Assembly (NCBI GenBank): GCA_964252035.1
Contig: OZ176201.1
Direction: 5' to 3' (one strand)
DNA: 64,000 bases
From: Podarcis erhardii
Lineage: Eukaryota
Below are positions 50,527-63,481 of this stretch, one piece after another (the stretch's first letter is position 1; each line of letters opens with the position of its first letter). A program made the translations under genes and the position numbers. The notes below the pieces were generated by a model. It was not told where the DNA came from. It searched no databases and saw only the letters and a program-made list of their open reading frames with translations.

Positions 50527-50728
50527 ATGCGCTGACTTGAAGACTTGCATCACTTTCATAAGTGAGAACGAGCCTTCCATTTAAAACAACTATGTATTTC
50601 TGATGCCCAATGGTGGAAGCTGAGCTTCCTTTATGAACCAGTTAATTCATTTGATGCTATCTATGATTACAAAGGGATACACCATTAAAATTGAGCATAA
50701 CCATCACAAGCTAACTCTGCATGCAGCT

Positions 50729-51101
50729 AAAAAAAGGTAAAGGTAAAGGATCCCTGACAGTTAAGTCTAGTCACGAACGACTCTGGGGCTGCGGCGCTCA
50801 TCTTGCCTTACTGGCCGAGGGACCTAACATTGGTCTGCAGACAGTTTTTCCGGGTCATGTGGCTAGCATGACTAAGTCGCTTCTGGCGAAATCAGAGCAG
50901 CGCAGGAAAATGCCGTTTACCTTCCTGCCAGAACGGTACCTATTTATCTACTTGCACTTTGATGTGCTTTTGAACTGCTAGGTTGGCAGGAGCTGGGACT
51001 GAGCAACAGGAGCTCACCCCATCGCAGGGATTCAAACCACCAACCTTCCGATCAGCAAACCCTAGGCTCTGTGGTTTAGACCACAGTGCCACCCGCGTCC
51101 C
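50729..51101 (-). mobile_element. Full-length Sauria-type SINE
   Basis: aaaggtaaaggtaaagg tail through gtgccacccgcgtccc head; aligns with 13736-14084. Confidence 0.92.
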
Positions 51102-54097
51102 CTGCAAATCAGAATTATTTAATCTGCATGATTATATGTAAACTATATACAAGTAACTCCCATCTTTCGCGGAGGTTATGTTTCAGGGATGGTGTGAATA
51201 CGCAGAGACTTGTATACTTGAACCCTCTCTTGAAACTGCCACTGCGCGAGCAATTTTACCTTCCAAACTCAGCATGCCAAACAGGTCTTACCCCCAGAAC
51301 TGTGCAGAGCTTGTTTGAGGCCTGGGGTGGGAGTCTTGTTAGAATGAAGTTATAAACAAAAAGGCAGCTGGACCCTGGCGGGGCACGCTAGCCAGCTTAG
51401 CTTAGCTCTCCGAGGCCCAGTGGAAGTGTACTCGGCTGCTACCCCCTGCACAGATCTTGCAGGATTGTCTGAGATCTTGCAAGAGCCTCGCAGAGCCTGG
51501 TAAGCAAGGCAGACAGCTTAAAAGCAATTTCTGTGCCAGAAAAATCCTGTACAAAAAGAACTTTTAACCTGTATGCCTTCCATGCATTTAATTTGTGTGA
51601 TTTCAACAAACACATGTAAATTCTGAGTTAATTGTACTTTGGAACATTATTTCTTAAATTCAAATTATGTTCAGGTCTCACCCTGATCATAAAAGTAGAT
51701 ACCACAGTATTTTGGGGGGGTAAGGTTGTCCCTTATTACACATTTTGATTTCCCCACACAATGGTTTTATGCACCCTTAAAGTTATGATGGAAAATGATT
51801 TATCTGCATTATTCTAAACTGCTGAACCATACATAGGAAAGAAGGGAGGGCAACTCTAAATCTATTAATTTTAGGAGGCAACACTAAAAACAAAGATATT
51901 TGAATAAGTCCAGAATATTCAACTGTTTTAGTTGCTGTGCAGTTTTTTTTTTTTTTTTTGTATCTCAAATGCACAAAAGCAGTAAAGTGCCAGATCAAGA
52001 TAACCAAATATACCTGGTCAATTCTTAGGCACTATGGCCTCATCCATTAACCAGAGAAGGAGCAGCTGCAGGGAGCTTGCCTGCTTGCTTCCTCCTCTCA
52101 GAAAGAACACTTTGCTTCAACTGCCTGCTGTTAATGGAATGCAGAGTAAGGGAAAAGGACTCTCCCTCCCATCCTCTGGTCAAAGGAACAAGATCCACCA
52201 GCTGCTTTCAAGCAAGAACACCAGCAAGAGAAGATCAGCCTGCCCTGGATTACATCTAAATGCTCATAGCTCTGCACTTTGTTCTGGCCTTGAAGACTGA
52301 TCTCTCCTGTACCTTTTTCTTCTACTCCCCTTCCCTTCTGTATCTTGTCTTTTTAGTTTATAAGCCTGATAGATGGACCCATTTAAAAAAAAAACAAAAA
52401 CCATGTGAGCGGTTTTAGAAGACAACAGTCCAAAAAGTGGAATAAAAATAAATAAATGCACTGATAAGTGATGCACAATGTTAGCTTTGAAAGATGCACT
52501 ATGAATAAAGTTTGAGTTTCATCACACCATCTTCCATAACTGTATGCAGAGTTAATGGCTGCATTCATAGATAACACTAAACCAAGTGAGTACAGTACTC
52601 ATGTATTCCACAGATGAAGCCTGGGATAGGGTTGGCAGGCATCTGCTAAGTTTAGTTTTACTTTCAAATAATCTTTCAGAGAACCAGGGATGCTGGTTTT
52701 ACAGCAAACAATGGATAGTTAATTAAACAAACTAACAAACTATATTCTTACCCTATGGTTTGAAGTTGGCTTGTTTAGAAACTAACCATTGTTTGTAAAA
52801 AAACAACAACCCAGGATTCCTGGTTCTTATGTAACACTAACCATGAAACCAAATTTGCAGAAGCCATCTCCACAGCTGTGTGGGGTGGAGAAAGAGAGAA
52901 ATTAGCTCCATGCTTTGCCTGAACTCATGGAGGCTTGTGCACGTACAGTACTGTTACAACTTTGTTCTAGTGTCACATGCAAACTGGGTCAAAGTTTCAT
53001 TACAATTCTAACTATTATAGGTCTTTTTAACTTGTAAGAGAATAAATTTTAGAAAGGGCTGAATGAACTAATCATCCCTACCAAATCTATTCTGAACCTC
53101 TACTCTTTATTATAACCCACCCAACATACCACTTTAGTTTGCTCTCCACAACAAAGAGCAAACTATTCTATTTCGTTGTTAAAATAATAAACAAAATGTC
53201 AATACTACTTGAAGAAATATACCAGAGTAAACAAGCTGGCAATCAAAATACTACTTAAACAATATACAATTACTGTGAAATAACCTGCTGACAATTTCAG
53301 CTTCTTGCTTTTATAGGTTTGTGTTTTGCTCTTTCCATCTAAACTAAGCCAACATAGATGTTGCTTTGTTTTCCACCCCTACTTGACTCTTTCAGCATAT
53401 CAGGACTCCATACCTGAAAAAGAAAATGTAAGGTAAGACACCCAACCACATATTCAAAGTCCAAGAATAAACAAATTAAAGCATTAAAGGACTGATACCT
53501 TTAGCTTATTCACTATGAGCAAGCACATCATCTCTACCAAGGTAGACTGGATAAAACAGACTGTTTACAAGCAAGCACCATGCAGCAAATTCATCATGAA
53601 ACACATAAAGCCATATGGCAACCTGGTTATCTGTAGCAAGGCATGGCACATTTTCCACAGCAAATATGTTTTTAAAGACACCCTGTAAACTATTGGCAAT
53701 GTGCACAGTGGAGAGGAGATTACACCCCACAGCCAAACTCTACGTGCAACTAGTCCTCCATATGGCTGCATGTATCCCATAACTGGTGTACAAGCAGCCA
53801 CCATGCCTTTGCCAAATGGTGCCCTCCTCATGTTTTGAGCTAGAGCTACCGTAAATTGCCCCCTTTATCTACTCAAGAAGCAGTTAAGTGCACACACTGT
53901 ATCATTATTTATATGAAGATGATAAAAACGGGTATGTTCTACACCAAAACAGCCTACTAACCAGCAGCAAAAAATTCTATGAAATCCAAGAAAGTTTTAT
54001 ATAATCTATATATGAAATTCTGTACAGGTAGTTAGTTACTTCATGTTTCATAACGTTTTCATATGCTTATCCTTACTTTAAAACATACACTCTAGAA

Positions 54098-54232
54098 CAG
54101 TGTTTCCCAACCTTGGGTCTCCAGCTGTTTTCAGGCTACAATTCCCATCATTCCTGGTCACTGGTCTTGCTAGCTAGGGATGATGGGAGTTGTAGTCCAA
54201 AAATAGCTGGAGACCCAAGGTTAGGAGCACTG
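54098..54232. mobile_element. Palindromic hAT (Charlie-like) MITE with perfect TSD
   Basis: CAGTG...CACTG termini, hairpin body, identical TSD CTCTAGAA at 54090-54097 and 54233-54240. Confidence 0.92.
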
Positions 54233-54240
54233 CTCTAGAA

Positions 54241-54372
54241 CAGCCTCCTGCAACCTACTCTCCAAATGCTTTGGTCTACAACTGCAATCATCTCTGACCA
54301 TTAAACATGATGGCTGGAGTTGATAGGAATTGTAGTTCAGAACAGCTGAAGAGCATAATGTTGGGTAAGGCA
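54241..54372. mobile_element. Older, degraded copy of the same palindromic MITE family
   Basis: cagcctcctgcaacct...ctacaactgcaatcatc...ggaattgtagttc...gttgggtaaggc directly after the younger copy's TSD. Confidence 0.6.
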
Positions 54373-55583
54373 ATTCTAGAGTTTCTGTTTTAAGGTAAGG
54401 ACATGCATTTGAATGGGCAAAGCTAGATTTGGAACCAAGTTAAAGTCCCAGTTCAGCAGGTCAGCCCACAGAATACCCTGGCCAGGCCACACCCAAATAT
54501 TATCCTCTCACAGAAGTAGAATAGGAAGAATTACAACCCCCCCCCCTTTGTATGCTGAGGTTTACTTAGGTTTACTTTTAGCACATTCTCTACAAGCAAG
54601 TACACCATCTATAGGCTAGACATTCATTTCCCCTGTCCTAATTCACCCTCAGGAAAGCCATAATGAAGATGTGTCTAGAAATTCACTCCAAGATTGTAAA
54701 CTATGATACAACCTCTACATAAAGTCTGTTCGACATGGCCTCTCTCTATGCCCAGAAGGAAAATCAATACACAGTATGTAGTGGGAAAAAGTGTGCCTTT
54801 TAACTTATGAATAGGGTGACTATTTTAAAGCCTGGGACCATGAAACATTTAGCCAATTCTCACTGTGACTTCCCAATATGTGAAGCTGTAGCAACATACA
54901 ACCTTGTCACACAACTTTTTTCCAGCATGAAGGCTGACTGCTTCTGAAGTTAGAAGAATAAGGTGAAGGTGAATTCAAATATCTTAAGTAACTGGAAAAC
55001 AAATATGAGCCCCAAGCCATTATGGATAGGACCATATTGTCTTGAAATTTTCATAATACAGCACTGTATAAATAAAATCACTGCATATTTATGCATCAGT
55101 AGCAAACTAGTAGGAACTATGGTCCAACTTTTTGCTACCAAGAAGGAGAAGTCTCCCCAATTTTTGATCCCTGTCCAGACGGGTCAGCCTGTTCCCCTCC
55201 CAACCCACCTTCTAAACTTCGTGAGGAATCAAAATTGGGGGGGGGGGTTACCTAAATAAAGGCAAAGAATATTGTAGTGGTAGGCTACAGATCACGTTGG
55301 AATTCGAGGGCGAGGGAAAACCTCTTCCCTGCTTGCATGGATCAGAGGCAGGAAGGCAGAGCTCTGAAGCACACCACGAGGCCCTTTGCAACAGGGCACT
55401 TTCGCCCTCTTGGCGGAGCCATAAAACCAAACACCTCGTGGCTCACCCACCTCCTCATCTAACGCAGCCACCCCCCAGATGCCGAGAGGGCACCACCTCC
55501 AGAAAGAAAGTTGGGAGGAGAGACTGAGAAGGGCGGCGGAGGGTGGGTCTCCCTCCTGTAAAACACCGGACAGCCTCTCTCAC

Positions 55584-55700
55584 CTCTTGGAAAGATCCAT
55601 GAGGACCCCGGAAAAAAGCTTCTTCCCGAATCGGAAAGACACCACCAGCGCGTCCTCGATGATGTGATCCAGGGTGACCAGCACCTCCGAGCCGGGCAGC

Positions 55701-55732
<32 letters not shown>

Positions 55733-56275
55733 TTCCTCCTCCTCTCCTCCAGCGGCCGCCGCCTGCTCCGCGGGCGCAGCGAGCTCCGGCTGCTTCGCAA
55801 CGGCCGCGGCGGCAGCATCCGGCTCCTCCTCCTCCGGCCGGGGCGGTTCCTCTCCGGGCTCCGGCCCCGCGGGGCCCCCAGCTGCAGGCGGCGGCGGCGG
55901 CGGCGACAGCGGCAAGCAGGGCGGCTGCTCCCCTCCGCCTTGTCCCTCCGCCTCCTCGCCGGGGGGGAGCTCGGAGAGCTCCGCGGTGAGCGGGCAGGGC
56001 GGCTGAGGCGACCCTCCGACGGGCTCCGGGCTGGGCTGGGCCTGCGGCAGGTCTCGGGTCCCCGCTGGGCTCCCGGGCGGCGGCGGCGGCGGCTCCTCGG
56101 CCTCTCCCCCCGGGGCTGGCTCGGGCTCCTCCCGGGCGTCGAGCACCGCCGACTCCACGGCGGCCTGAGTGCCAGCCGGGAGCGGGTCTGCGCCGGCCTC
56201 GCTGCCCGGGATGGGCTCGGCCTCGCCGGCTCCACCATCACCCGGCACCGCCGCAGTCGCAGCCACGGCCGCCAT
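55584..56275 (-). CDS. PWWP2A: PWWP2A exon 1 (Ala/Pro/Glu-rich N-terminus)
   Basis: AAAATGG start; MAAVAATAAVPGDGGAGEAEP...PGSEVLVTLDHIIEDALVVSFRFGKKLFSGVLMDLSKR; donor AG|GTGAGA, phase 2, joins exon 2 in frame. Confidence 0.96.
55706..55732 (-). repeat. Pure (GCG)9 coding repeat (poly-Ala9)
   Basis: Nine consecutive CGC triplets on + with no synonymous interruption. Confidence 0.95.
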
Positions 56276-59200
56276 TTTCTCTGCTGATGCTTCCTCCTCC
56301 CTCTAGTCAGCAGCGGGATCGATAACCGCGGCCTTCTTCGCCCGCCTGGCAAGGGAGGGGGACGCCGCCTACTGGGGGGCGAGGACCTTGCCGCTCGAAA
56401 GCGCTTATTGGAAGCAGGGGATGTCCATCAAGGGAAGGAGGAACTTCCCATTGGCCGCGAGAAGGGGACGTTGATCTCGAGGGCAGGAAGAGGAATTAGG
56501 GGTGGGGCTACTGGTATCTGTGTCGACAAAGATCAAAAGGGGCAGGTTAATGAGCAGCTCTTCGCCTATTCGTGGGGGCGGGGGGTAGAATATAGGCCCG
56601 CCCACTTCGCTGAAGTTGCTTATTGGTCCTGGGGAATGTCTGGTGAAATGCTGGTTAGGAGCGAGGCAGAAGCCGTGGGTTTAGGGGCTTGGTGGGGCTT
56701 CATAAGGAGCTCGGAGGAGGTAATAGAGGCGAGCCTCCCGTCCACTCGCTCAGTTGACGGTGCAGGCAGGATTTTTCTTTTTTTTTAATCTTTTTTTAAC
56801 AAAACTACAGCGCAATAGGTAGGGAAAGGGAACACGCAACGTGACTTGAGTGAAAGGGGAGCAGAGAAACCCCGAAACCATAAATAAATAAATAAATAAA
56901 ACAGGAATTTATGCTTGCTATCCTCGGTGCTGGCAAAAACCAACCAATTAATTGGAAAGGGGCTTGCTAAGTAGCGTCAGCTTCCTAGCAACCAGTATGG
57001 CAAAAGAAAGAAAAGTGAGATAAAATCTTGGGACTTCAGAAATTGCCCATACTTCTTCGAGGAAGGCTGCCTGCAACTGGGGAAAGCTGGTTCTGGGAGA
57101 AGGTGAAAACGGCAAGATCTTACTCTAAATTCTGTGGTGTTTATGCAGAAAGGAAGGCAACCTGTCAATAATAAATTCCTTTAAAAAAAAAAAATCAAGT
57201 TCAAAAATTTTAAGTTTTAAGCATAAAACGCAAGCAGTGTTCCTTTTCTTGCCCCCTTCAAAATGTCATTTGGTAAGGGCCAGCTTTCAAGCTTTTCCTA
57301 GAATCTGCATTGTGAAAGGTTGGCTACAGGAACTGGGCTGGGGTGGGGGTTAGTTAAAATAAAAGCCTTTTAGGTCACATCAGTATTTGCAGGTAGGTAT
57401 ATTCCTCCCTACCCACACACATCTTCAGGTCTAATAGTGATATTCTGGTCCGCTGCTTCATTTTGTGGGGTACTCTCTTAAGTTTTTTGAATCCTAATGC
57501 AACTGCTTTTTCCTCTGCTTCTCCAAAGTTGAGGGATTAAATAGTTCTCATGAAAACACTGCTATGCCTCCTAAACCATTACAACTGCCTGCAGAACAGC
57601 ATCCACATTATGAACAAGGGTATAAATGGGTTGTCTGTTCATGTTCATAAAAATGTTTGAAGAGGTGGAGTGAGACAGATGAGGGAAAAGTTAACACAAA
57701 TACTCCTGCCCTACTGCCAAAATTTTGGGAGCAATTTGCTCATAACCAGACCCCCTTCTGCCTGAAAGAAGCTGAAGATGATGAGGATACTTTGCACAAC
57801 AATGCCCTGATTCTGCATTCCTAAAAGAATCTCCATGTGATATACTAGAAACCAAACTCTGTTCCTGCTAATCCACTTGTACCCAGCATGGCATTTTGAT
57901 GCTGCATTTGCTTACATTCTTCCTTTGTTACCCTGATCACTCTTATGTAATTGTTTTATCAGCTCCTCCTCTTCCCTTCCTCTTTCCCTTTTGTTTCCCC
58001 TCACCCACTGAGGAGAAAGGTAGATAATAAGCTATCCAAAAGATTCCTTTCTGAGTATCTGCTAGCTGCTCACATGCTTCAATATACAGACTTGTAACAC
58101 CAACAGTCTCCCCATCCTTTTTAACATCTATCGGTAGGTTGGGGCAGCCAGTGTGTCCCAATCTATAACTCCCATTGGCCCTCACAAATGGCCATGCTTG
58201 GCTGAGGCTGATGAGAGTTGTAGTCCAGCAATGTCTGGAGGGCACCATCCTGGCTACTTGTGATCTAGCTATATGTGCACACTATTTTATGACATTTTGG
58301 TTAGCCTAATAAATGGGAACCTGGGCTTTTAATTTTATTTTGGATCAACACACCTACCTTTGCCCTTTCTCATTTTATTTATGCTACTTTCGACAGCACC
58401 TGTATATGCTAGTTGTGCTACATAAAACAGCAAGAGTAACTTCTAGGGGGACACAAGTATGAAATAAAAGGCACATATACCGTTCCCGCAATAGCACACA
58501 TCAAAGGGCCCTCACTAACCCACAACAAAATTAACACATGTAATGCTTTCACATGTTTCACTGAAAGAACTTGTATGAACCAAAGAAAATGAATTCAGAC
58601 AACTGGAATCAAAATGCCATAGGCTTGTGTGTTAAACAGAGGGAGAGAATACTGTGGTCTCACTGTGTTCAGCCTATAAGGAGCCCCTGCTGATCCAGGT
58701 TACTTAGCTGTCTAGAAATAGATGAAGACATCAGAGATGTTGCCCTTTGAGATTATTGTTCTTACACATCATGGCATTTGCAAAAGAGCATTACCTGATG
58801 ACATTGCATAGATAAGATGGACAAGCAGCTACCAACACCACCCTACATAATGGCAAGAGCATGCAATGTAATCAGATAGTGGATATACTTTATAAGACTT
58901 GCTTGGAAGATTATGTTGGGGGTGGGAGGACTCAGGAGGCAGGAAGTCGGGGAACAAACTTGGATACTTCCGAGTTACAAATTATTCAAATGACCAGTTG
59001 CAGTGGAAAGGTTCAAGGAGAGGAGGCACCAAATGTTGCTGGTCTCTCAGCTGTGTCTCCATGGAGGGCTCATGCATCCCTTCTCTTCCCTCTCCCAACT
59101 GCAGCCTTCTGTAATGGTTGCTACTAGATGACAGTTAATGGAGGGGAAGAGCCTGGCTTCTCAGCAGAGCAGATGGTGGCTCTGACTGCATTTCTTATCT

Positions 59201-61154
59201 TCTCTCGTCTGCGACAGCCTGATGGAATGGCTGTTGCCATGTAATGGTTGGTGACAGTTTAATATAACATACTAAAATGTTCAGGAAGCATAATATCAAC
59301 TCAATGCCATATTTCTTAATACTATCTAAGTATGCCAGTTGTAATAGAGCTACAATACAATAACAGTCTCATAGCTTCCAACCTGCAAAGTTTCTGCTAT
59401 TATCCCATCCCCCTTGAAGACAGCACCAGCAAGAGCTTATATATGCATCACTGGTGCATCTTTCATGACAAAAGTAAACAAACAAACATCAGAGAGAACA
59501 TTTGTTACATTGCTTAATCTCTGGGTCAATCAAGAAATAAGTACTAATGTCAAGATATGTGCCTCTAATGACTATCATAATTTTTGCTTGTATTTTTTTT
59601 TAAATCATCAGATCAGCTAATCGATACATGGAGCAAAGGAGTGATTCAATATTTCCAATGGAGTACCTGCCTTTTTTTTTTTTTTTTTTGCAGCTGCTGT
59701 GCCCTTGTTTATCCAACTGTTCTGCCCTTTGGCTAGGGACCATATGGTAGGTATATATCCCCTTATGCGAGATGCCTGACTGTGAACTGCAGACTGAATT
59801 TAAGCCCACATTTGTATACTAAGAAATATACCCTTCCTTGTTTTGGACCATATATATGGGGAAGATATGCAGCTTTCTTGGCCATGGGATAAGTAGTTGG
59901 GATTTTTGATTTAAATTGTTTTAGGAGACAGATTTGTTCAGTGAGTGATTTTAAATTACCAGCTGCAGTGATGTGTCTTGGTCTAACTGACTGTTTTGTC
60001 CACTCCTTGGTGCAGGTTAATTTGCATGTTTCATAACGCCCTTTCCCCCGTTTTCTTTTGCTTCTCCATAAGTGTTAGAAATGTGGAAGATATAAGCATT
60101 CTGCAACACAAAGGTGATAAGTCTGCTGTTCTATAATAACTGTTTCCTGTTAGGTTCCTTCTGGTCACAAATCTGATCACAAGTGTGTTGTTGTGGACCA
60201 GTGCCAAGTAGATACTGTATAACAGTGCCTTGGAGATATTTCACTGGTATTAAAATTCATCTTTGTGTAGACAAGGCCTTATTGTATATATCCATAAAAT
60301 GCTGTTTTTAGTACCACAGACATGAAGGTGGGGTTCATGGCAGTAGTGGTTGGTGGATTGCTCTCATAGCTTGCCAGGGAAGACCATCCATTTTGAGTAT
60401 ACAAGAAGCTGTCTGAGTAGAAAGAGCCACTGCACTCCACTGGCTACTGGATGTGGCATTCCTGTGGCTCCCTTTCTTTTAATCTTTACTTCTTTGCAAT
60501 AGACAAATATTAAAACAAAACTATTAATCTCCACAAAGCTTCTAAAGCTTTTGCTTTCCCGTGACTATTAAGGGATTGTATTTATTTTGTTTACATTTTG
60601 TCAAAAAAGTATTGCAAGCTTTTCAAAAATTTCAGATTATACTTTGACTGTGGTCCTTTAAATCATGATTGATAAAGGACTAATTCTTTTCAGAATGCTG
60701 ACTGTGTTATAATGAAAAGATCCCAATTGACTGTCAATGGCCCATAGACCCAGATGTAACACCTGTGTTTAGCATAACAATATTCACCCTCCCTTCACCA
60801 CAGGTGGGCAGGGTTTGCAGCATGGAGCGGGGCTCACCTGGGCGGGTGCCACCCACCTGCTTGAGCTGGTCTTTGACCCGCCCTTGGCCAGGGAGGACAA
60901 TGGACGGACGGACGGACGGGGGTGGGCCTAAGGCCAAAAGAAAAGAGGCTGACTCCTTGGCTCAAGCCTCTTTTGCTGTTCTTCATTGCAGAATTAAGGG
61001 ATTATATTCTACATTTTGGTAGTTTAAGGCAGGCAAGATGTTTTTATGTTCAGGAAAGGGTATCTGTGTAATTCGAAAGCCAAAGAAAAACAAGATTGTA
61101 GTGCCATGGCAGAGCAGGGGCCAATAGATACTAAAGTTATTCCAGACGATGGAG

Positions 61155-61213
61155 TTAGAATCATAGAATTGGAAGGGACCCCAAGGTTCATCTAGTCTAG
61201 TTCAACCCCCTGT
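61155..61213 (-). mobile_element. CR1-type tail fragment
   Basis: tagaatcatagaattggaagggaccccaagg...catctagt...caaccccctg. Confidence 0.7.
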
Positions 61214-61686
61214 ATCTTGTTACCTTGTTTAATAACTATGCAGTTGTTAATCAGCTTTACATGGGCTCTCAATGCCTTTCCCCAAGGCTGTACTTCAGTT
61301 ATGAGGACATCACTAATTTTATCACTGGCAAAATGCTTTCCTCCCTGTTAAGGTGTGAGTTTATTGCAAGCCTGAGTGCACTTTGGAATGTGACTGTGCG
61401 AGTGGAAGGCATTTACTGGACAATGCCTTTCTCACCACTGTTGATGAACGACACAAATCCTTCCCATTCCATGATAGTGCCATTATGATAAAAACTTTTT
61501 AAAAATGTTACATTTTATAAAATTCTATTTATCTAAGTCCTTTTATCCCACTTCTTTGTTTGCTCAAGGTGCCTTACATCTTTTTCATCTTTGTAGCCTG
61601 AGTGATCCCCCACTAAGGTGCACCTGTGGGACTGATGAAGTCACACTTCTTTTTTAAAGTGGCAAGGCTGTTTCTCTTCCCTCTAG

Positions 61687-61754
<68 letters not shown>
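61687..61754. repeat. Compound (CT)n(CA)n microsatellite
   Basis: Seen directly. Confidence 0.95.
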
Positions 61755-61847
61755 GGTTGTTTTTTTTAAATTTAGTAATCTGTTATTATTTCTTTCCCTC
61801 TCCAGCAACCTTATTGCATTCACAGAGATACCCCTGATTGAGTTAGT

Positions 61848-61971
61848 ACAGGCTTCCTCAACCTCGGCCCTCTAGATGTTTTTTGGCTTACAACTCCCAT
61901 GATCCCTGGCTAGCAGGACCAGTGGTCAGGGATGATGGGAATTGTAGTCTTAAAACACCTGGAGGGCCGAG
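61848..61971. mobile_element. Palindromic hAT MITE with its right end replaced by a microsatellite
   Basis: caggcttcctcaacctcggccctctagatg...acctggagggccgagg, then (CG)n/(CT)n/poly-C at 61972-62040. Confidence 0.8.
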
Positions 61972-63345
61972 GCGCGCGCGCTCTCTCTCTCTCTCTCTCG
62001 CTCTCGCTCTCTCTCTCAATCTCTCTCCCCCCCCCCCCCCGAGTTTTGTGGCATCCCACTGGTTCCCCTCTGGCAATTCTGTTTCCCTACTTCCACTCAC
62101 TGAGACCACTTGCCTTTCCCTTCCTCCCCTCTTTCCTTCCTACTGTTGCTCCATTTTCTGTTTAGCTTCTCAGGTGCTGATGTGTCTTGAATAGCACATT
62201 GAGTTGAAAGAGGAAGTGGTTGAGAGAGAGAGATGCTCTTTCCACTTCCTCTTTCCCCTTTATGAGCTTTTCAGGAGTTGGGGAAGGGAATGGCTCTTTC
62301 CACCTGATAATAAGCGGGCAAGGAGAGGGGAAAGGACTGAGAGGTTTCACAGGTGCCAGGCAAAGTCTTCAAGTGTGCCATTGTGACTGCTGATAACCCC
62401 AGGCCTGTGTTGTGTTCAGTTTCCCTTCGTTGTTTTGCTAAGGTTGCATGAAACTCTCTGTAAAATTTAGCCTCACATATGCCAGAATCTCTAAATGAAT
62501 TTGAAAAATTGTAAGGTTAAACGGATGTGTGATGGCCAGGTTGTAACAAAGTCTGCAATTGGCTCCACACACTCAAGGCAGCTTTGAGTTCCCGTTTCTC
62601 AAACCGCAGCCCTCCATGCCATATTTTTGAATCTGATTCAAAAGCATCTTGACATATAGCACAGCCATATGGATATGGGCTTGTGGTTCAGAGAAGAAGA
62701 GAAAAGGTCAGCAATCCTATTGAGTATGCCAAAAACATGGCCTTGCCTAAAATTGTTCTTTGGATTCTGACCTATATTACTATAGTGCATGAAAGGGTGC
62801 TGTGCTGTGGGCTTCACAAAGGTTGGCCACTTATACATTGCTAAAAAAGAGGAAGCAGGCATAGAATTACATACAATTTGTACAGGCTAGTTTATATGCA
62901 AAATTAGAAATAAAAGGTTGTACCCAACAAAGTTCTACTCAGACTACATTGGGTAGGGAGAAATTCAACATTGTGTTCTTCCAGTTCCATCAGCTCAAAC
63001 ATTTCAGCTTGTGCTGATGGAATGACGCCTCCATGTCTCCCCCCGCCCTCACACTGTTCTGGGGGTTCTCCTGAAACCCTCCAAACCAATTTCAGGAGGT
63101 TCATGGCAGGGAAGAGAAAGGGGGAAAGCCCTAGAATGTGGCATATAAATGGGACCACTGTTTCTCAGCCTCACTTGTAAAATGATAATAAAGTGTCAGA
63201 TAGTAAACAGGAGCAGAGACTACAGGCATATTTCCATACCTCTGGTCACCCAAAAGATCTCCAGTTGGGTCTGATGGAGTCCAAGAACATCACCATTTTG
63301 GCCAAGACTGCCTTAGTTAGTATCTCACTTTTTGACTGTACAGCA

Positions 63346-63481
63346 CAGGCATAGGCAAACTCAGCCCTCCAGATGTTTTGGGACTACAATTCCCATCATC
63401 CCTGACCACTGGTCCTGTTAGCTAGGGATCATGGGAGTTGTAGTCCCAAAACATCTGGAGGGCCAAGTTTGCCTATGCCTG
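63346..63481. mobile_element. Near-perfect palindromic hAT MITE (136 bp)
   Basis: TIR CAGGCATAGGCAAACT at both ends; TSD GTACAGCA/GTATAGCA. Confidence 0.92.

Larger units (their letters stand above)
55300..56760 (-). promoter_or_regulatory. PWWP2A: PWWP2A CpG island and promoter
   Basis: Very high GC/CpG over exon 1 and upstream; ATTGG (NF-Y-type) boxes near 56407 and 56449; GC box ggcccgccc near 56596. Confidence 0.85.

Noticed and set aside
55395-55420. CTCF-like motif cgccctcttggcgg downstream of PWWP2A exon 1
   Set aside because: Several mismatches or a spacing error against the core consensus; not supportable without a PWM score.
55459-56352. 297-aa and 207-aa Arg/Pro-rich ORFs overlapping PWWP2A exon 1
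   Set aside because: These are alternative-frame and antisense shadows of a GC-rich coding exon with few stop codons; low complexity and no recognisable domain.
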